DNA from: an uncultured archaeon
GTDB taxonomy: Archaea > Nanohalarchaeota > Nanosalinia > Nanosalinales > Nanohalalkaliarchaeaceae
Direction: 5' to 3'
DNA: 28,531 nt
Assembly (NCBI GenBank): GCA_964484895.1
Contig: CAZAFX010000002.1
Span: 2,836 to 31,366, forward strand
In this document: positions 24,381 through 28,531 of the stretch, piece by piece
How positions within the stretch are numbered: the stretch's first letter is position 1
Layout of the letters: each line of letters opens with the position of its first letter
The notes under the pieces: model-generated
The model's database searches: none
Told to the model about the DNA's origin: nothing
What the model saw: only the letters and a program-made list of their open reading frames with translations
Program-made: the position numbers and the translations under genes

Positions 24381-25448
24381 ATGGGTCACGCCAGCCGCGT
24401 CGACGCGGTGCAGGAGCACCTCCGGGAGAGCGGCATGGACGCCATGGTGGTGACGGGGCCGCAGGACTGCTTCTACCTGTCCGGCTTCCGCGCCACCGGC
24501 GACCACGTCACCTACCCGGTGATGGTGGTGCCGGACGAGGGTGACCCGGTGCTATACGTCTCCGCGCTGGACGATGAGGTCGCGCAGCGCAAGGCTGCTC
24601 TCACGGTGGAGACGCCGGAGAACGGGTTCGCGGCCGCGGTCCGTGACCGACTGCCGGCGGATGCGGACGTGGCGGTGACCGGGCAGATGAGCGTCGGGCT
24701 GTACCACCGGCTGGGAGGCGATATCACACTGCACATCGATGACGGCATCCTCAGCGAGATGCGGGCGGTGAAGGAGCCGGACGAGGTCGCGGCCATCGCG
24801 GATGCGTACGACATCGTCGAGAACGCGGTCGGCGCCGCCGTCACCGCGGACACGGCGGGGGACACGGAGCGGGCGGTGGCGGCCGAGATCGAGTACGAGA
24901 TGCGGGTGCGTGGCGGGGATGAGACCGCCTTCCCTACCATCGTCGGGACCGGGGCGTTCACGGCGCTCCCGCACCACGTCGCGACCGACACCACCATCGA
25001 GGACGGGCCGCTGCTCGTGGACGCGGGCGTCCGGGCGAACGGCTACCGCAGCGACTTTTCCCGGGTCTTCCACGTCGGGGAGCCGACGGACGCGTTCCTG
25101 GATGTGTACCGGGCGGTGCAGCGGGCACAGGAGGCGGCTGCCGACCGGCTGGCGGCCGGGGTGGCGTACAGCGATGTGGCACATGCTGCCCGGGCGGTCA
25201 TCGAGGAGGCGGGGTACGGTGACAGCTTCCCGCACTCCGCGGGCCACGGCGTCGGCATCGATATCCACGAGGCCCCGAACCTGTCCACGGCGGCCGACGG
25301 CACGCTCCAGGCCGGGATGGTGGTCACGGTGGAGCCGGGCATCTACCTGCGCGGCGAGTACGGCGTCCGCATCGAGGACGCCTACCACGTCACAGAGGAC
25401 GGCGCCGAGCGGCTCACGGCGTCGAACCGCGACCTCACCATCCTCTGA
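24381..25448 (+). CDS. M24B Xaa-Pro aminopeptidase/prolidase (355 aa)
   Basis: Creatinase N-domain; DAG...SDFSR, HGVGIDIHE, TVEPGIY and RIED metal ligands. Confidence 0.92.
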   Translation: MGHASRVDAVQEHLRESGMDAMVVTGPQDCFYLSGFRATGDHVTYPVMVVPDEGDPVLYVSALDDEVAQRKAALTVETPENGFAAAVRDRLPADADVAVTGQMSVGLYHRLGGDITLHIDDGILSEMRAVKEPDEVAAIADAYDIVENAVGAAVTADTAGDTERAVAAEIEYEMRVRGGDETAFPTIVGTGAFTALPHHVATDTTIEDGPLLVDAGVRANGYRSDFSRVFHVGEPTDAFLDVYRAVQRAQEAAADRLAAGVAYSDVAHAARAVIEEAGYGDSFPHSAGHGVGIDIHEAPNLSTAADGTLQAGMVVTVEPGIYLRGEYGVRIEDAYHVTEDGAERLTASNRDLTIL

Positions 25449-25475
25449 CATAAAAGTCCGTTCCGATAACAGCAT

Positions 25476-25612
25476 GGCAGACAGTCTGCGGGGGTAACCA
25501 GCTGGCTTGCCAACCCCCGTACCACCAGGGGCAAGCCGCGGCCGGCGATCTGTCAACCAGATTGCCAGCCAGTTGCGGGGATCGGAGACCCGTACCGGGT
25601 CTTCTCGGTCCC
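25476..25612 (+). ncRNA. Unassigned structured RNA upstream of tRNA-Leu(TAG): pseudoknot plus two hairpins
   Basis: ATAAAA box at 25450-25455; 8+8-bp pseudoknot, 9-bp hairpin and 15-bp hairpin; G:U pairs favour the plus strand. Confidence 0.6.
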
Positions 25613-25625
25613 AGCACGGACACAT

Positions 25626-25776
25626 GCGGGGGTAGCCAAGTGGCCAAAGGCGCAGGGCTTAGGTCCCGGACACCGGAACGCGAGTGACGGTGTGCGGCGA
25701 GGAAAATCCGCCAGGATTTTCGTTGGGAGATACCCTGTCCCGAAGGGGTTCGCAGGTTCAAATCCTGTCCCCCGCA
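25626..25776 (+). tRNA. tRNA-Leu(TAG) with 68-nt intron (25664-25731) at position 37/38
   Basis: First 30 nt identical to tRNA-Leu(GAG); CAGGG/CCCTG anticodon stem, spliced loop CT-TAG-GA; the spliced length of 83 nt equals that of the other tRNA-Leu. Confidence 0.92.
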
Positions 25777-25836
25777 TCACGTCGCTCCGGGAAGTGCTGC
25801 TGCGGCCCGCATCCCAGCGGCGGTGCAGGCGGGGGC

Positions 25837-28143
25837 CTACTCCTCCGCGTGTTTCCGGTAAACGGCCAGACCGGTGTTGGCCTGCGCCCACGTCAGGTGT
25901 CGCGCGTCGTTGTAGGCACCGTCGTCCCCGATGCGTTCCGGCATGGCACCGTGCTTCTTCAGACACCGCAGCCGGTCCATGAACACGTCCCCGGCGTCAT
26001 CGCGGCCCGCGGTGTAGAGCCCTTTCGCGCGTTCGGCCTGGGACGGCGTCCATGTCCGCCTGCCGCATTCCTTTGTCCCGTCCTCCCTGGTGACGGCGTC
26101 GAGATCGCCGAGCCAGTCGATGCGGGCGATGCGCTCGGCGGCCATGCCGTTCGCCTTGTACGACACATCGCCGTCCCATGACACGCTCCGTGCCCACCGC
26201 TCGCCGTCCTTGAGGACGTCTTCCATCGCGGCGCGGAGTTCCGCTGCCTCCTCCCGGTAGTCGCCGTCAACCCTGTCGTCGGCCGAGACGCGCATGAACG
26301 CGTTGTACGCGGATGCGTTCGTCCACAGGCTCTGGGTCACGTCCATCGGCTGTTCCTTGTAGTCGTGCGATGCCGCGATGAGCCCGTTGTCACCGAAGGC
26401 ATCCGCCATGTAGGCGGTCGCGTCCGCGACCGCCGCCTGCACCGCTGACTCCGCCAGAAGGTCGTGGTCGATGGCGGCGTCGACGCGGTATGCCGTCTCG
26501 ACGAATATCGGCATCTGGTCCATCTCCACCCCGACGAGGCCGGCGTACTCCCCGTCCGGGCTGTAGCACTGGCCGAAGGACGCTCCCGCCTCGCCCGGCT
26601 CCAGCAGCCCGGAGAGGTACCTGATCGTGTCGGCCGATACCGCCTCCATCCCGGCCTCGGCGGCGAACTCCGCCGCGTAGCAGGCGTCGCGCGGCCATAT
26701 CCGGTTGTAGTTGGGCTGGATGTGCGGTGCGGCGAGCCACCGCCCGCCGCCGATATGGGTCTTGACAGCCGTGGCCGCCATCTCCTCGACCAGCCTGCGG
26801 TCCTGTTCCGGGAGCCCGTCGGTCGCGAGTCCGCTGCGCCAGTCCGCCCAGGCAGCGCGGGCCCGGTCCGCCGAGCCGCGCGGCGCCGTCCGCCCGTTCC
26901 CGGGGGAGATGGTCACCGTCACGTCACCGTCCATCGTGGTCTCGTGGACCGCGGCCAGATACCGGCCGCGCGCAGCGGCATCATCGGCCTGGAGGAGCTC
27001 GTCAAGGTCGTGGCCGGGGGTCATGTCCGCCATGTCCTCGCGGTCCACGACATCCGCAAGCATCCAGTCCGCGAGCAGGTCGCCCAGTTCGCCGCCGACA
27101 TCCGCGACCATGCCGAGCGGGTTGAACAGGTTCTCGTACGCGGACCGCAGCGGGTCGACCCGTGTCCTGTCGATTGCATCACGCCGGTCCGCGTCCGTGA
27201 TGGGGGCGCGTCCGAGCCTGGTGCGGTCGGCATCCTCGAGCGTGACCGCCATGGCGGTGTCGTCCACCAGACTCGCGAACCGCGCCGTCCGGCCGTAGTC
27301 CGTTTCCCGGGACGTGAGGGTGTTCGGGGCTGTCTCGAAGACCATGGAGTTCTGTAGGGTGCTGTTCGCGTTCCCCATCAGGTAGTAGATGAACGTGCCC
27401 TCCAGCTCCCCGTCGATCCTGTAGTCCATCACGAGCTGGTCGGTGCCGAACAGGACGTAGGTGTGACGTTCGATGTCGGCCCCGGTCTCCGGGTCGCGGA
27501 AGACGTGCCGGTAGATACCGTCATCGCGGCCGGCCGCCACGGTGTCGAAGTCAGGGCCGAGCCAGTCAACCGCCCCGTTCCTTCTGACGCCGGCGAACCC
27601 GCCCTCAGGGAGATATGCCGCGTCCGACGGATGTCCCTGCCGCGAGAACGGGATGTTGTGGCTCTCCCCATCGTGGAACCCGGTGAGATGCCCATCTTCG
27701 TGAAACAGGCCCATGATGCTGTCCTCCGGGCTCCCGACAAGGTATTCGTCGGGGCAGTACTCCTGGAACGACCGCGGGCGGCCGGTGTCGATGAGCGGGA
27801 TACGGGTCGTGACCGCGTCCGTCACCATCTCATGGATCCGGCCGACGGCGCGGCCGTCCTGGTACGCCCAGTCCGTCGTCGTCGAGCCGGATAGCAGCTC
27901 CTTCGCGTCATCGAGGACCGGCTCATAGAACCGCTTGTACTGTGCATACAGGCTGGCGCCGACGTGCGCGCCGCCGGCAACACCAAGCGCCGCCAACGCC
28001 GTGCCCGCCCGCATGAACGACCGACGGTCCGCCACGAGCGACCGCGGCTGCTCCGCGGCCCCCGCATCATCCTCGGCGCCATCACCGTCAGTTCCGCCCA
28101 TCTCCCGGACTGACTCCGGAATCCACCGTTCCTTCCACCCCAT
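25837..28143 (-). CDS. GH15-like six-hairpin glycosidase (glucoamylase type) with twin-arginine signal (768 aa)
   Basis: DRRSFMRAG plus hydrophobic helix; YNRIWPRD, EMDQ, YKEQ and AMPER...LTWAQA motifs of GH15-type catalytic barrels. Confidence 0.8.
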   Translation of the reverse strand: MGWKERWIPESVREMGGTDGDGAEDDAGAAEQPRSLVADRRSFMRAGTALAALGVAGGAHVGASLYAQYKRFYEPVLDDAKELLSGSTTTDWAYQDGRAVGRIHEMVTDAVTTRIPLIDTGRPRSFQEYCPDEYLVGSPEDSIMGLFHEDGHLTGFHDGESHNIPFSRQGHPSDAAYLPEGGFAGVRRNGAVDWLGPDFDTVAAGRDDGIYRHVFRDPETGADIERHTYVLFGTDQLVMDYRIDGELEGTFIYYLMGNANSTLQNSMVFETAPNTLTSRETDYGRTARFASLVDDTAMAVTLEDADRTRLGRAPITDADRRDAIDRTRVDPLRSAYENLFNPLGMVADVGGELGDLLADWMLADVVDREDMADMTPGHDLDELLQADDAAARGRYLAAVHETTMDGDVTVTISPGNGRTAPRGSADRARAAWADWRSGLATDGLPEQDRRLVEEMAATAVKTHIGGGRWLAAPHIQPNYNRIWPRDACYAAEFAAEAGMEAVSADTIRYLSGLLEPGEAGASFGQCYSPDGEYAGLVGVEMDQMPIFVETAYRVDAAIDHDLLAESAVQAAVADATAYMADAFGDNGLIAASHDYKEQPMDVTQSLWTNASAYNAFMRVSADDRVDGDYREEAAELRAAMEDVLKDGERWARSVSWDGDVSYKANGMAAERIARIDWLGDLDAVTREDGTKECGRRTWTPSQAERAKGLYTAGRDDAGDVFMDRLRCLKKHGAMPERIGDDGAYNDARHLTWAQANTGLAVYRKHAEE

Positions 28144-28224
28144 CGCTGTACGCCCGCCATATAACGGCAGGAGGTTTAAAGATGGTGACTGCCGAGCCCC
28201 CTGACTGTGCGCTGTCGGACACGG

Positions 28225-28531
28225 TCAGTCCCGCATATGCCGCTCCTCCCACGCCTCGACGTCGACATCCACTGCGTCGACCCCCTGCCGCGCCTGGTGC
28301 CGCCGCGACCGGTCCGGCGGATGGTCCTGGCGGAGGATGTACCCGGCGATAGCACCATACGCGAGCCCGTAGAGGTGGGCCTCGAACGCGACGTTTCCGG
28401 GGCTTTTGAACCCAATCAGGTTGATGCCCGTCCAGCCCAGCAGCACCGCCCACATCGGTGCGGGGACGCCCCAGAGCAGGCCCATGGTCCGCGGACGGAG
28501 GACAGCGAGCGCTGCGACCACGCCGGAGATG
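28225..28531 (-). CDS. Rhomboid intramembrane serine protease, C-terminal fragment (5' end outside window)
   Basis: ISGVVAALAVLRP after the presumed GxSG, and VAFEAHLYG with the catalytic His. Confidence 0.85.
   Translation of the reverse strand, partial: ISGVVAALAVLRPRTMGLLWGVPAPMWAVLLGWTGINLIGFKSPGNVAFEAHLYGLAYGAIAGYILRQDHPPDRSRRHQARQGVDAVDVDVEAWEERHMRD

Noticed and set aside
25488-25612. Structured RNA as SRP RNA, 5S rRNA or an HDV/pistol/twister ribozyme
   Set aside because: It lacks the SRP helix 8 motif (CAGG-GNRA-AGCA), the 5S CCGAAC loop and ribozyme core nucleotides or topology; only the loop pseudoknot is vaguely Alu-like.
25698-25712. GAGGAAAATCCGCC resembles the RNase P RNA CR-I motif
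   Set aside because: It is one arm of a perfect local hairpin inside the tRNA intron, and no matching CR-V/P4 partner is present.

Overview
A gene-dense, GC-rich archaeal window with an acidic proteome, TATA-box promoters, mostly leaderless starts and five tRNA genes lacking encoded CCA. The mix of DPANN-type and haloarchaeal-type gene families suggests a Nanohaloarchaeota-like halophile; this taxonomy is an inference. Housekeeping content includes a full UDP-GlcNAc route (glmU, a HAD phosphatase, glmM, glmS), M24 and M29 peptidases, a NYN protein, a NIF3-like protein, a CBS-HPF fusion (ribosome hibernation factor architecture), a PC4-like protein, a sequon-rich Ig-repeat surface protein, a lipoprotein and a twin-arginine GH15-like glycosidase. 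No transposase, integrase, CRISPR array or rRNA is visible. Four signals lie outside the ORF track. (1) A cupin gene starts 2 nt after tRNA-Leu(GAG) and is interrupted only by two in-frame TAG codons; both read TAG-GAC and each is followed by a perfect 7-bp/5-nt-loop hairpin, so it is either a readthrough candidate or a pseudogene. (2) An unexplained ~140-nt structured RNA with an H-type pseudoknot and a tRNA-Leu-like acceptor helix ending ACCACCA lies between a TATA box and tRNA-Leu(TAG). (3) A second ~125-nt structured RNA begins about 25 nt downstream of a TATA box and lies upstream of a DUF5794-like gene. (4) Two tRNA introns (31 and 68 nt) have relaxed BHB motifs. All family names come from manual motif recognition, not database searches.
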